Positions 1 to 10,820 of a stretch of DNA of 55,383 nt are shown here, in pieces (within the stretch, counting starts at the first letter, position 1; each line of letters opens with the position of its first letter). Location of the stretch: positions 1 to 55,383 of the forward strand of contig JBHHUM010000006.1 in NCBI GenBank assembly GCA_046861645.1. Direction: 5' to 3'. This DNA comes from Fidelibacterota bacterium. GTDB lineage: Bacteria; Fidelibacterota; Marinisomatia; Marinisomatales; UBA2128. A program made the position numbers and the translations under genes. The notes below the pieces were generated by a model. That model saw only the letters and a list, made by a program, of their open reading frames with translations. It was not told the DNA's origin and did not search any database.

Positions 1-57
1 TGGCAACATTGTGCGTAGGTGTTGGTCAAGGAGTATCTACAATTGTGGAGTGGATAG

Positions 58-1281
58 ATGAGTGAGATTAACCGACCATTGGAGGGTGTTCGTGTGGTAG
101 CACTGGAACAGTATATGAGTGGGCCTTACTGTACAATGCTGCTGGCGGATGCCGGTGCGGAAGTAATTAAGATTGAACGTCCAAGGGTGGGGGATCCGAG
201 GCGATCAATTCCACCGTTTGCAGAAAAAGGTGGAAGGAAAAAGGCCGGTGGGTTTATGGCATATAATCGTAATAAGAAAAGCCTGTGTCTCAACATCAGG
301 ACGGAAAAAGGGAAGAAAATCTATATTGATTTAGTGAAAAGCTCTGACGTGGTTGTTGAAAACCTTAGACCCGGCTCTACTGATAGGATGGGTATTGGCT
401 TTGAGAACCTGATTAAGGTCAATTCCAGGCTGGTTTATGCAGCTATTTCGGGTTTTGGAAGGATGGAGGGTTATCAGGGTCCCTACTCGAATCGACCAGC
501 CTTCGATATTGTAGCAGAGGCTATGGGCGGCATTATGCACCTCGTCGGTTTTGAGGATAAACCACCATCTTGGACGATCTACGGCATGGCTGACATTTAT
601 ACGGGATTGTGTACGGCTTTTGGTATTATGCAGGCACTCTATATGCGCGAGAAAACGGGAAAGGGTCAGTTTGTGGATGGAGCCATGATGGATGCCATGC
701 TCTCCTTAAATGAGAGGATGGTCATGCTTTATTCCCTTACTGGGCAGGAACCACGCCGGGGCCGTCTGACACATCTTTATCCGCGAGGAGCTTTCAGGTG
801 TAAGAATGGGTATATCGCTTTGAATGTTCCCGATGATCTCATCTGGAAGCGGTTATGTAAGGTTATGGACCGTGAGGATCTTATTGATGATGCTCGTAGC
901 AGTAATGGCACATCCCGCGCCGCTCATGCATCTTTTCTTCAACCCATTATTGAGGAATGGCTGGCGGGACTTACCCGCGAAGAAGCTGAAGAAATTATGA
1001 ACACTGGTGGCATTCCTGTAGGCTCAGTTTATACAGCGGAAGATGTTTTTTCATCACCCCAGGTAGAATCTCGACGGATGCTTCTTAATGTAGAGGATGC
1101 TGAGGTAGGTTGTTATAAGTTTTCCCGGGGACCCGTGATGCTTTCTTCTTCTCCCGAGCCACCCAGGAAACCAGCGCCGGCGTTAGGCCAACATACCTTC
1201 GAGATACTCTCCAGAAAGCTGAGCTTAAGTGCTGAAGAAATAAGACATTTGGCAGATTCGGGAATTGTAGAATTAGGCTGA
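58..1281 (+). CDS. Family III CoA-transferase (CaiB/BaiF/Frc family)
   Basis: PLEGVRVV...SGPYCTMLLADAGAEVIKIE, NRNKKSL, DVVVENLRPG, AISGFG, PAFD catalytic Asp region, APALGQHT C-terminus. Confidence 0.93.
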   Translation: MSEINRPLEGVRVVALEQYMSGPYCTMLLADAGAEVIKIERPRVGDPRRSIPPFAEKGGRKKAGGFMAYNRNKKSLCLNIRTEKGKKIYIDLVKSSDVVVENLRPGSTDRMGIGFENLIKVNSRLVYAAISGFGRMEGYQGPYSNRPAFDIVAEAMGGIMHLVGFEDKPPSWTIYGMADIYTGLCTAFGIMQALYMREKTGKGQFVDGAMMDAMLSLNERMVMLYSLTGQEPRRGRLTHLYPRGAFRCKNGYIALNVPDDLIWKRLCKVMDREDLIDDARSSNGTSRAAHASFLQPIIEEWLAGLTREEAEEIMNTGGIPVGSVYTAEDVFSSPQVESRRMLLNVEDAEVGCYKFSRGPVMLSSSPEPPRKPAPALGQHTFEILSRKLSLSAEEIRHLADSGIVELG

Positions 1282-1373
1282 TTATGGAAGCTGAGTGGAT
1301 TTTTAGACCACATTCATATAGATATAAAGACCCCTAACTCCTGTTTAATTAATTGATTATTTAAAAGTTTCTC

Positions 1374-1403
1374 TTGACTTGTATATCATCTAATACGCAA
1401 AAT
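1374..1403 (+). promoter_or_regulatory. Possible sigma70-type promoter for susC/susD
   Basis: TTGACT-18 nt-CAAAAT after an AT-rich upstream tract. Confidence 0.35.
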
Positions 1404-1517
1404 CCCTAAAGTGGCTGTACACGAGATGGGGTTTTTGGTAATATCCCACCCATTCAAATGCTGCCATGACTAAAGTTGATAGATAAAAAAGGCAAGACAA
1501 TGGTAAGGAGGGATAAT

Positions 1518-4500
1518 ATGCGAGCCCTAAGAGTTATCCTCATAGCATTGTGTATAACTACGATGGCTTTTGCCGATGTGGCGGTAGAAGGAACTATCTC
1601 CGATGTGGAAACGGGCGAACCGTTAGTTGGGGCACAGGTCATAGTAAAAGGGACATTTGTTGGCACGACATCAGACCAGAATGGTGTTTTCAGTCTGAGT
1701 GTTGCTGATAATGCTACCCTTATTTTCACCTTTATAGGCTATAAAACCCAGGAGATTACGGTCTCAGCTGGAATGGGTAAGCTCACCATAGATATGGAGC
1801 CCGATGTGCTTAAGGGTTCTGAGGTAGTGGTTACCGGTTTGGCGACTTCTGTCAAGAGAAGGAACTTGGCTAATGCGGTAGCAACAGTTTCTGGGGAGGA
1901 ACTGATTCCAACTCCTACTCAGACATTGGATGATGCATTAAGTGGAAAGTTTGCTGGTGTGAATATCCGCCGTAATACCGGTGCTCCCGGTGGTGGTATT
2001 AATGTAAACTTACGAGGTGTCTCCACCATTCAAGGTGAAACCCAACCTATTTACGTTGTGGATGGTGTAATCGTTAATAACATGGCGAACCAGTCAGGAA
2101 TTGATGTAGTAACCAAGGCTACAGGAGCTGGCAGTGCCCGTCCTCAGGGTCAACCATCCAACCGGATAGGTGATATTAATCCCAATGATGTGGAAAGCAT
2201 CGAGGTGCTGAAAGGTGCCAGTGCTGCTGCCCTGTATGGTGCCAAAGCATCCAATGGTGTAATTATCATCAACACCAAGAAGGGTACTGGTGGGAAGACC
2301 AAGTTCAGCGTTTCCCAAAGATGGGGAAAGAGAGAGCTGGTTGGTAAGATGGGACACCGAGCCTTCGAAACCTATACCGAGGCAAAGAACCAGTATGGAG
2401 AAGACATTGCTGCTCTCGGTTTAAGGAATTCTTCAGATACGACTTCTTGGCTTGGGAGAAATATTGACTATGAAGAGGAGTTGTATGCCAGCGGTGATGG
2501 TAATTTAGTTGAGACCACGGTAAGCGCCGCGGGTGGTAACGCCACGACCCAGTTTTATGCCTCTGGACAACATATGGATGAAGGTGGTAGTATTGTCAAT
2601 ACCGGCTACGAGAAATGGTCGGGTCGTTTGAATGTGAACCATCGTCTGAGCGAGAAGGCCAAAATATCCCTGACATCGAATGTTGTCCGGTCTGAGGCTG
2701 ATCGTGGAGTGACCGGTAACGACAATACGAATATCACTTACGGTTTTTCCATCGGCTTTACACCAAGTTTTGTTGATATTAGAAAAAAGGCAGATGGTAG
2801 TTGGCCTGACCACCCCATGAATCCATCCAATCCCCTCCATACTGCCCGGGTATTTGAGAATAATGAGGTGGTCGATAGAGCTCTCGGTTCAGTGCAGTTT
2901 GAATACAGTTTTATCAAGAATGAAAATATGAACTTGAGTTGGATTACTACCGCCGGGGCAGATTTCTACTCCCAGAAGAATAAGGTCTTTTCACCAGCAG
3001 AATTGCAGTATGAAAAGAGCTCAGATACTCCTGGCCAGTCAGTAAATACCACAACAAACAGCCTGAATACTAACCTCTATACCAACCTGGTGAACCGCAT
3101 GATGTTGGGTGGGAATATCCAATCCACAACCACCATAGGAGCTCAGTACGAAACCTTGGATTGGAGCAGTGTCTTCGTCCACGCCAAGGGTATGGTTGTG
3201 GGTCAAACTAATGTTGATCAGGCCAGTTCTGCGGATGTTTACCACGATCGGAAGTTACAGCAGGATCGCGGCTTCTTTGTACAGGAAGAGGTAAACATTA
3301 ATGATCAGATTAATCTGGCCTTTGGTCTTCGCGGAGATAGGAGTAGCACGTTAGGAGATACAAAAACATGGAATAAGTACCCCAAGTTTTCAGCCTCCTA
3401 TCAGGCAGGAGCTCTGGCGGGTATATTTGATGACTTCAAAGTCCGCCTGGCTTGGGGACAGACGGGTAATCTACCTTCTCCCACGGCGAAGTTCACCTCT
3501 CTTACCCCGGCCAATATTAGTGGACAGGGAGGTTTGATTCCTTCTGGAGTGCTTGGCAACGAGGACATTAAACCGGAAAGGACCACGGAAACAGAATACG
3601 GTGTGGACTTCTCTTTCCTGAGTGGTTTGGGTACAGTGGAATTTACCCAGTATAGCCAGTCCATCGAAGACCTGATTCTTGAAGTGGATCAAGCCTCATC
3701 ATCAGGCGCCACCAGCAAGTGGATGAATGCAGCGGAGATGGAGACGAAAGGGACAGAGTTTTCACTGCTTTTGAACCCTATCAGAAGTAAGACTCTGAAC
3801 CTGATGTCGCGGATTAACTTCTATAAAACCACTTCTGAAATTACCAAGTTAGATGTTGACCCCTTCAACATGGGTGGCTTTGCTACTTTTCTGGGGACCT
3901 ATCGCATTGAAGAAGGATGGTCTCCCACCAGTATTATTGGATCTGATACAACAGCGAGTGGTGGCATAAAGAAGTTAGGCGACGAGACACCAGACTTCCA
4001 GATCTCGTTCAATAACAGCATCAAGTTTGGTCAGTTCAGTTTCCAATTCCTGGTTGATTGGAAGAAAGGCGGGGATATCATCAACCTTGCTAACCTGATT
4101 TACGACTTGGGTGGTACGACCAAGGATTGGGACTTAGGGTTGGTTGATTCTGCTGGTACCTTGGTTCCCAGCCGTTTGGGTGGGGATGTTCCTTCTGGTG
4201 CACTGGACCTAAATGGTGATAGTCTTTATACTGGAAATGGTCCAGAGAGACTAACTGTTTTGGGTGTCCAAACAGCCCCTTACATTGAAGATGGTTCCTA
4301 TGTTAAGCTGCGTGAGGTGAGTGTTTTCTATGACTTCAGCAAAGCACAACTTGAACAGTGGTTCCAGGGTGCCATTTCCAGCTTGCGTGTAGGTGTTTCT
4401 GGACGGAACTTGGCAACTTGGACGGATTACACGGGAATTGATCCAGAAGTAAGTCAGTTCGGAAATGTGGCTATCGGTGGATCGGTGGATACTAACCCGT

Positions 4501-4547
4501 TCCCATCGTCACGAAGTCTCTATTTCGTTCTGTCCTTGGGACTATAA
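1518..4547 (+). CDS. susC: SusC/RagA family TonB-dependent outer-membrane receptor
   Basis: Start moved to ATG 1518 (AAGGAGG SD at 1505). Signal peptide, carboxypeptidase-regulatory-like N-domain, plug motifs QPIYVVDG and DINPNDVESIEVLKGASAAALYG, and SusC-type C-terminus YVKLREVS...YTGIDPE. Confidence 0.93.
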   Translation: MRALRVILIALCITTMAFADVAVEGTISDVETGEPLVGAQVIVKGTFVGTTSDQNGVFSLSVADNATLIFTFIGYKTQEITVSAGMGKLTIDMEPDVLKGSEVVVTGLATSVKRRNLANAVATVSGEELIPTPTQTLDDALSGKFAGVNIRRNTGAPGGGINVNLRGVSTIQGETQPIYVVDGVIVNNMANQSGIDVVTKATGAGSARPQGQPSNRIGDINPNDVESIEVLKGASAAALYGAKASNGVIIINTKKGTGGKTKFSVSQRWGKRELVGKMGHRAFETYTEAKNQYGEDIAALGLRNSSDTTSWLGRNIDYEEELYASGDGNLVETTVSAAGGNATTQFYASGQHMDEGGSIVNTGYEKWSGRLNVNHRLSEKAKISLTSNVVRSEADRGVTGNDNTNITYGFSIGFTPSFVDIRKKADGSWPDHPMNPSNPLHTARVFENNEVVDRALGSVQFEYSFIKNENMNLSWITTAGADFYSQKNKVFSPAELQYEKSSDTPGQSVNTTTNSLNTNLYTNLVNRMMLGGNIQSTTTIGAQYETLDWSSVFVHAKGMVVGQTNVDQASSADVYHDRKLQQDRGFFVQEEVNINDQINLAFGLRGDRSSTLGDTKTWNKYPKFSASYQAGALAGIFDDFKVRLAWGQTGNLPSPTAKFTSLTPANISGQGGLIPSGVLGNEDIKPERTTETEYGVDFSFLSGLGTVEFTQYSQSIEDLILEVDQASSSGATSKWMNAAEMETKGTEFSLLLNPIRSKTLNLMSRINFYKTTSEITKLDVDPFNMGGFATFLGTYRIEEGWSPTSIIGSDTTASGGIKKLGDETPDFQISFNNSIKFGQFSFQFLVDWKKGGDIINLANLIYDLGGTTKDWDLGLVDSAGTLVPSRLGGDVPSGALDLNGDSLYTGNGPERLTVLGVQTAPYIEDGSYVKLREVSVFYDFSKAQLEQWFQGAISSLRVGVSGRNLATWTDYTGIDPEVSQFGNVAIGGSVDTNPFPSSRSLYFVLSLGL

Positions 4548-4566
4548 TTTGAGGAGGAATAGAATC

Positions 4567-5850
4567 ATGATGAAAAAAATGACTTTCACTAAGAAGATCC
4601 TCCCGTTGGTCGCTATTGTCCTTTGGGTAGGATGTGACAGTTTGGATTTTGCTGATCCGAATTCGCCAGTGGTAGAGTCGGCGACATTACAGTCGCTGGT
4701 TACGGGTGCCGAAGCTGGTATGAGAGTGGATCTGGATATTTACCTGCGTGATCTGTGTGTAGTGGGCCGTGAGGTCTATTACCTGGAGCCGGCGGATCCA
4801 CGTTACACGGGAGAGTTGCTTACGGGACCGCTGGATCCGGGCGGTTTCTTGACCACCAGACCGTGGAATGCCCACTATGCGGTCATTAAAAACTGTAACC
4901 TCATTCTGGAGCATGAGGATGCTGATGCGGGTGCTATTGGGTTCGCCAAAACAATCCTGGCCTATAACCTGCTAATGGTTATTAATATGCAGGATGAAAA
5001 TGGGGCACGACTCAACTACGATGGTGATATTACAGTGGATGTGGCTACCAAAGCTGAAGTCTTCGCTGAGATCAATTCTCTGTTGGATGAAGGGCTTACC
5101 AGTTTGCAGAGCACCAGCGAATTTTCATTCTCTTTGAGCTCAGGGTTTGAGGGATTCGACACACCCTCAACCTTTGCCCAGTTCAACCGGGCGATAGCGG
5201 CTCGCGTGGCGGTCTACGATGACCGCTGGCAGGATGCTCTGGATGCCCTCGATGACTCTTTTTTGGACGAGTCCGGGGATTTGGATATGGGCGTATTTCA
5301 TGTCTACAGCTCCAGCTTAAACGATCAAAGCAACGAAATGTATGAGGATCCCCTCTCTACTAATATCAAATTGATGGGGCATCCTACCTTCCAGACGGAT
5401 GCAGATTCTGGAGATACGAGGTATTCATCTAAAGTGCTGGTTCGGTCTGAAACAGACACCTCTCTGGCGGTTTATACCTACGATGAGCTTAGTAGTGACT
5501 TGGGTATAACTATCTGGAGTTCGTCTTACGATCCTGTTCCCATCATCCGGAACGAAGAGTTGATCCTCTTGGAAGCTGAGGCAAATATAGGTCTCGGAAA
5601 CTATAGCGATGCTGAAAGCGCAATGAATATCGTTCGAACTGCTGCGGGGCTGGATGCTTATACTGGTACTGATGCTACCAATGCCCTTGATCGTTTGCTG
5701 TACGAAAAGCGTTATTCCCTGTTTTTGGAAGGGCACCGGTTGATCGATATGCGTCACTACGGGAAAACAGGTGACCTGCCGATTGATCGTCCTTCCCGGG
5801 GTGATAAGATTGTAACCTTCCCCCTACCCGAAACAGAAACTCCTGGATAA
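4567..5850 (+). CDS. susD: SusD/RagB family lipoprotein
   Basis: GAGGAGG SD then ATG 4567. Lipobox LWVGC, motifs PIIRNEELILLEAEA and EKRYSLFLEGHRLIDMRH; directly after SusC. Confidence 0.9.
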   Translation: MMKKMTFTKKILPLVAIVLWVGCDSLDFADPNSPVVESATLQSLVTGAEAGMRVDLDIYLRDLCVVGREVYYLEPADPRYTGELLTGPLDPGGFLTTRPWNAHYAVIKNCNLILEHEDADAGAIGFAKTILAYNLLMVINMQDENGARLNYDGDITVDVATKAEVFAEINSLLDEGLTSLQSTSEFSFSLSSGFEGFDTPSTFAQFNRAIAARVAVYDDRWQDALDALDDSFLDESGDLDMGVFHVYSSSLNDQSNEMYEDPLSTNIKLMGHPTFQTDADSGDTRYSSKVLVRSETDTSLAVYTYDELSSDLGITIWSSSYDPVPIIRNEELILLEAEANIGLGNYSDAESAMNIVRTAAGLDAYTGTDATNALDRLLYEKRYSLFLEGHRLIDMRHYGKTGDLPIDRPSRGDKIVTFPLPETETPG

Positions 5851-5872
5851 GGGATTAGATTATCATCTTAGT

Positions 5873-5910
5873 AAAAGGCCTCTGGACCAGTGTCTGGAGG
5901 CCTTTTATTC
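5873..5910 (+). terminator. Rho-independent terminator after susD
   Basis: AAAAGGCCTC-TGGAC-CAGT-GTCTG-GAGGCCTTTT hairpin followed by T-rich tract. Confidence 0.8.
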
Positions 5911-6084
5911 TTTCAGTCGCATGATCCTTCCTATTAGAAGGAACAGGATTGCACCATTGACAGTAAGTCTATCTATTATCTGAGACTGACTCCAACGCAA
6001 AGGCTTGATAAGGTGTACGATTCGAAAACCCCTCTACAGGATTAAGGATTATTGTGTGTAAATTCTTCCTTAATTGAGAAAGAA

Positions 6085-7044
6085 GTGCGTAAGGTAGTCT
6101 TAGGTAAAACAGGGGTGGAGGTTTCGGCGGTCAGTCTGGGGACATGGTCCTTTGGTAGTGGTAATGTCACTGGTGGACAGTCAGTAGGGTGGTATGGTCA
6201 GGAAGATCAGGATTCCAGAGAGGTGCTTATCCGGGCTTGGGAGTCGGGTATTAATCACTGGGATACCGCAGATGTTTACGGCAATGGACATTCGGAAGAA
6301 GTTATTGGCTCAATGTGGAGTGAGATTCCCCGGGAGGAAATTTTCCTGGCCACCAAGGTAGGATGGGATCGAGGCCCCTACGATCATTGGTATCATCCCC
6401 AGCACATGCGGGAGCAGATGGAAAGATCGTTGCGCAATCTCCACACGGACTGCCTCGACCTCATCTATCTTCACCACTGTAACTTTGGAGGGAATGAAGA
6501 GTATTTTGATGATGCCTTAGCGGAGATTCTGAAGTTTCGGCAAGAGGGAAAGGTGCGTTTCATTGGTCTGTCGGACTGGGATTTGGCTAAGATTATGAAA
6601 TTTGTTGACCGGGTTGGTCCGGATGTGATTCAACCCTACCGCAACGTTATGGACGACACCTACGTTTCCAGTGGATTACAGGCGTGGATAGATAAGCATC
6701 ATGCGGGTGTCTGCTTTTTTTCACCTTTAAAGCACGGCTTGTTAACTGGGAAGTATACAGAGCCGGCGACCTTTCCCAGAGGTGATTTCCGAAGGAATGT
6801 GAAGGACTTTAGCAACCCGGAAGTTATTATCAGAATGCAGGAAAACCGCCAGAAGCTCGAAGAAAAATTCAGGGGTCACCCTCAGCCAGTGCTGCGTGGA
6901 CTGATTGATGCACTTCTTATGGATGCTCCTACGGGCTGTGTGTTGTTGGGACAGCGGAATATTCATCAGGTAGATGCAGCAGCAACATTGGGTGACACTA
7001 TGGATAAAGCTACTGCCGAATGGGTCAAAGCACTTTATGATTAA
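6085..7044 (+). CDS. Aldo/keto reductase
   Basis: RKVVLGKTGVEVSAVSLGTW, GINHWDTADVYGNGHSE, LATK, SLRNLHTDCLDLIYLH, GKVRFIGLS. GTG 6085 preferred over ATG 6052. Confidence 0.9.
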   Translation: MRKVVLGKTGVEVSAVSLGTWSFGSGNVTGGQSVGWYGQEDQDSREVLIRAWESGINHWDTADVYGNGHSEEVIGSMWSEIPREEIFLATKVGWDRGPYDHWYHPQHMREQMERSLRNLHTDCLDLIYLHHCNFGGNEEYFDDALAEILKFRQEGKVRFIGLSDWDLAKIMKFVDRVGPDVIQPYRNVMDDTYVSSGLQAWIDKHHAGVCFFSPLKHGLLTGKYTEPATFPRGDFRRNVKDFSNPEVIIRMQENRQKLEEKFRGHPQPVLRGLIDALLMDAPTGCVLLGQRNIHQVDAAATLGDTMDKATAEWVKALYD

Positions 7045-7254
7045 GAAAATGTGTCTATCCTGTGGAGGGAATCTCTTCAGAACACTTGAAAAATCACTAC
7101 TGTGGGATGCTGTTAAGCTAGGGTAAAAGTAACAGGAAAATAATAAAGGAGAAAACAGGCCCAATTTCGAAACATTACTTGCTGTCTAATTAAACTTATT
7201 TCTTCAGCAACGGGATAGAATGAGCTCAGGTTGAGAACAAAAAACAAATTAGTC

Positions 7255-8445
7255 ATGAAGTACCTTCCGTTCCTTATTTTTATGCAATTGCTATTTTCTG
7301 GTGGACCCAGGCTATCCTCTGAAATAGTGGCCGAAGGATTTTCTAAGCCGGTTTATGTCTGTCAGGCCCCCGGAGACGATGAGAGGCTTTTTGTATTGGA
7401 GCAGAGGGGGGTAATAAGAATAGTTAGGAATGGAAGGAAAATTCCTCAGTTTTTTATAGACCTGCGAGATCGGGTTCACAACCCGGTTATGCCTGGTGAT
7501 GAACGAGGTCTTCTTGGGATGGCTTTTCATCCACGCTACCAATTAAATGGTTACGTCTATCTCAATTATGTAAATAAAGATGATTACACCATAATTTCAA
7601 GATTCACTTTGACTGACCTTCCAGATAAATTGGATGAAAACTCTGAAAAGGTATTGATTAAGCTCAAGCAGCCATTTTCAAACCACAATGGTGGACATTT
7701 GGCTTTTGGTTCAGATGGTTATTTATATATTTCGTTAGGTGACGGCGGAAAGTGGGGTGATCCCTACAATAATGCCCAAAACCTGAATACTTTATTAGGA
7801 AAGATTCTTCGTATCGACGTAGAGAGCGGTGATCCGTATCTCATACCACCGGACAATCCTTTTGCGGATAACCTGGAAGCAAAAGGAGAAATATGGCTGT
7901 ATGGTTTGCGGAATCCCTGGAGATTCTCTTTTGATGGGAAAACTGGAGACATTTATATCGGTGATGTAGGACAGGACATGTGGGAGGAGATCGATTTCAT
8001 TTCTGCTGAGGAAGCTGGGGGTGAAAATCTGGGTTGGCGCGTTATGGAAGGAAGTCACTGTTACCATCCACCAGAGGGTTGTGAGCCTACCGGGATCCCC
8101 CCTATTTACGAATACCCTAACGATGCTAACTATATGAAGGTTCTCACTGGATTGTCCGAACCCAATGTGGATGGCTGTTCGGTAACAGGAGGGTATGTGT
8201 ATCGAGGAAAGAAAATTCCCAGCTTAATAGGAACATACTTTTTTGCCGACTATTGCTCGGGGAATGTCTGGACATTCAAAGTGTCGAATGGAGGGGTGGA
8301 GGACTTTCAAAACCGCACCGCAGAAATCAATCTTGGAGGCGGCGAATTCGTTAATAATATATCTTCCTTTGGGGAAGGCAATGATGGAGAATTGTATTTA
8401 GTGGATTATAATGGAACAATCTTTAAGCTTGTTGAAATAGAATAA
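7255..8445 (+). CDS. PQQ-dependent glucose/sorbosone dehydrogenase family beta-propeller, exported
   Basis: Signal peptide; ERGLLGMAFHP, NHNGGHLAFGSDGYLYISLGDGG, GKILRID, YGLRNPWRFSFD, DVGQ..WEEID, SVTGGYVYRG. Confidence 0.9.
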   Translation: MKYLPFLIFMQLLFSGGPRLSSEIVAEGFSKPVYVCQAPGDDERLFVLEQRGVIRIVRNGRKIPQFFIDLRDRVHNPVMPGDERGLLGMAFHPRYQLNGYVYLNYVNKDDYTIISRFTLTDLPDKLDENSEKVLIKLKQPFSNHNGGHLAFGSDGYLYISLGDGGKWGDPYNNAQNLNTLLGKILRIDVESGDPYLIPPDNPFADNLEAKGEIWLYGLRNPWRFSFDGKTGDIYIGDVGQDMWEEIDFISAEEAGGENLGWRVMEGSHCYHPPEGCEPTGIPPIYEYPNDANYMKVLTGLSEPNVDGCSVTGGYVYRGKKIPSLIGTYFFADYCSGNVWTFKVSNGGVEDFQNRTAEINLGGGEFVNNISSFGEGNDGELYLVDYNGTIFKLVEIE

Positions 8446-8578
8446 GGGCAAAGAAATTGACAAGAGGAAGGAAGGTGGTTGGGTGGCTTTTATCCTCTAA
8501 GTGATAACTTGACCCTTGGATCAATACTAGAAAGAAATCGGGTAACGGTGAAAGATTTAAACTGCTTCTTTTAATTCT

Positions 8579-9772
8579 TCAGATACAAACTATAATTTTG
8601 TCGTTAATCAGTGAGTTAATTTCTGATTTACTATACCCCAGGCCGGATAAGATTTCCTGTGTGTGCTTTCCAATAGTATCCGGGGGATTGAACCTAAGAT
8701 TTAAGTCGCTCTCCCCGTATTCGATGGGAGTTCGTGGCATCTTGGTTGATGTGCCATCGGGAAATATGGTTTTCAGCAGACCCGCTCCTTGGTTGAGCTG
8801 TGGGTCGTCAAAGAGATCTTCTGGTGTAGAGATGGGTGCAAATGGAATTCCTGCTTCCTGGCAGCGGTTAATGATCTCATTTTTAGTGAGACGTGACAGC
8901 ATTTTCTCTAGATCAGGTAATAGCCAATCGCGTTCGGCGATGCGCTGGTTGTTGGTAGTAAGTCGATTATCATTGAGGAGGTCCTCTCTTTCAAACACTC
9001 GACAAAAGCGCTCCCAGTGCTTATCACTGATGAGTCCTATGAAAACCTTCCTGTCATCCTTGGTATCAAAGATGCGATAAACAGACCAGGCACTGATTCT
9101 AGCCGGCATAGGGGGAATGGGTTCATCGGAAAGGGCGGCATAGGCCATGTGTTGACCCATGAGAAAAGCACAGGTCTCAAAGAGGGCGCTTTTGATAAAG
9201 GTTCCCTCTCCGGTCTGCTCCCGTTCGTAAAGGGCAGCAAGAATACCGATCACAGCAAACATACCGCCAGTAATATCGATTATCGATGCCCCCGCTCGTG
9301 TAGGTTGACCGGGTGGCCCGGTCATGTAGGCCAATCCACCCATCATTTGGACCACTTCGTCCATGGCATGACGCTGCTCATAAGGACCCTTAAGGAATCC
9401 CTTCAGCGAGGCATAAATAAGCCGGGGGTTTATTTCCTTCATCAGGCCATAACTGTAACCCAGGCGGTTCATCGTTCCTGGCCCAAAGTTCTCTACAAGC
9501 ACATCCACCTCCTTGATTAATTGATGTACTATTTGTCTTCCCCTTTCTGCTTTAATATCTACGGCAATACATCTCTTATTGCGGTTGTAAAAGGGATAGT
9601 AGCCGATACCAAAACCGCGCAGTCGTCTTGTGGGGTCACCAGTCACCGGCTCTACACGAATTACGTCAGCACCCATATCGGCAAGAATGAGGCCACATGA
9701 AGGCCCCATTACCGCGTGTGAAAACTCGACTACTTTTATAGAGCCCAGTGGAAGTCTGTTAGAATTAGTCAT
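8579..9772 (-). CDS. Family III CoA-transferase (CaiB/BaiF family), divergent from the lyase/LeuCD operon
   Basis: MGPSCGLILADMGADVIRVEP, NRNKRCIAVD, DVLVENFGPG, AMDEVVQMMGG, IGKHTQEIL. Confidence 0.92.
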   Translation of the reverse strand: MTNSNRLPLGSIKVVEFSHAVMGPSCGLILADMGADVIRVEPVTGDPTRRLRGFGIGYYPFYNRNKRCIAVDIKAERGRQIVHQLIKEVDVLVENFGPGTMNRLGYSYGLMKEINPRLIYASLKGFLKGPYEQRHAMDEVVQMMGGLAYMTGPPGQPTRAGASIIDITGGMFAVIGILAALYEREQTGEGTFIKSALFETCAFLMGQHMAYAALSDEPIPPMPARISAWSVYRIFDTKDDRKVFIGLISDKHWERFCRVFEREDLLNDNRLTTNNQRIAERDWLLPDLEKMLSRLTKNEIINRCQEAGIPFAPISTPEDLFDDPQLNQGAGLLKTIFPDGTSTKMPRTPIEYGESDLNLRFNPPDTIGKHTQEILSGLGYSKSEINSLINDKIIVCI

Positions 9773-9923
9773 AAATTTCCTCCGCTAAAGCTATACAGAA
9801 ATTTGGGTGCTTCTCCTACAGAAACCAAGAATCTATTGAAAGGCCTGTAACTCTTTTTTCAAAAACTACCTTTCTATTTGTTCCCGCCGTATATTTGCTA
9901 CTAAATCTTTCCCTGACACACTA

Positions 9924-10820
9924 ATGTACTTACCCAGAAAAGTTGTCCTGACAGAAGTTGGATTACGAGATGGCCTGCAAAGCGTGGCTAAAACCGTGCC
10001 TGTGAAAGTAAAGGTTGAAGCTATCAATCAATTAGTGAGTGCAGGGTTACAACAGATTCAGGTAACTTCATTCGTACATCCTAAGTGGGTGCCCCAAATG
10101 GCGGATGCTGAGGATGTCTGTGCTAATTTACCTGAGGTTGATGGAGTGATTTTTAGTGGATTGGTACTGAATACCAGAGGTGTTACCCGGGCGGCGGATG
10201 TTGGGCTGAATAGGGTTGATGCCTCTATTTCGACCAGTGATACCCACAGTCGTAAGAATGCTAATATGAGTTTGGATGAAGCCCTGGTTCATTTAGGGAA
10301 AATGGTAAAACAAGCCCGTGCTGTTGGATTGGAGGTAAGAGGCGGTCTTCAGAGTGTTTGGGGGTGCGTGTATGAAGGTTATCCTCCAGATGAAAGAATC
10401 AGTGAGATGGTAGCAGCGGTCATCGATATGGGTGTAGTTGCCCTCTCTTTAGCAGACTCCACAGGTATGGCTAATCCGCATTCTATTAAAAGGATCCTTG
10501 AGAAGATATTACCGCAATGTACTGGTACTCCCGTTATTCTTCATCTCCACGATACACGGGGGTTGGGTTTGGCAAATACCATTGCTGCTATGGAACTGGG
10601 CATAAACCAGTTTGACACAGCATTTGGTGGCTTGGGAGGATGTCCTTTTATCAAGGGAGCAACGGGAAATATTGCTACCGAAGATACGGTGCATATGATG
10701 AATGAATTGGGTGTAGCAACCGACGTAGATATCAGTAGGGTTGCCCAGGTATCAAGGAAAATAAGGGAGATAATCCCGGAAAATTATTTTACCGGCAAAT
10801 TATACAGGATAGTAGCATGA
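9924..10820 (+). CDS. HMG-CoA lyase-like (DRE-TIM) acyl-CoA lyase
   Basis: EVGLRDGLQ, TSFVHPKWVPQMADA, LADSTGMANP, LHLHDTRGLGLAN, GGLGGCPF..GATGNIATED. Confidence 0.9.
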   Translation: MYLPRKVVLTEVGLRDGLQSVAKTVPVKVKVEAINQLVSAGLQQIQVTSFVHPKWVPQMADAEDVCANLPEVDGVIFSGLVLNTRGVTRAADVGLNRVDASISTSDTHSRKNANMSLDEALVHLGKMVKQARAVGLEVRGGLQSVWGCVYEGYPPDERISEMVAAVIDMGVVALSLADSTGMANPHSIKRILEKILPQCTGTPVILHLHDTRGLGLANTIAAMELGINQFDTAFGGLGGCPFIKGATGNIATEDTVHMMNELGVATDVDISRVAQVSRKIREIIPENYFTGKLYRIVA

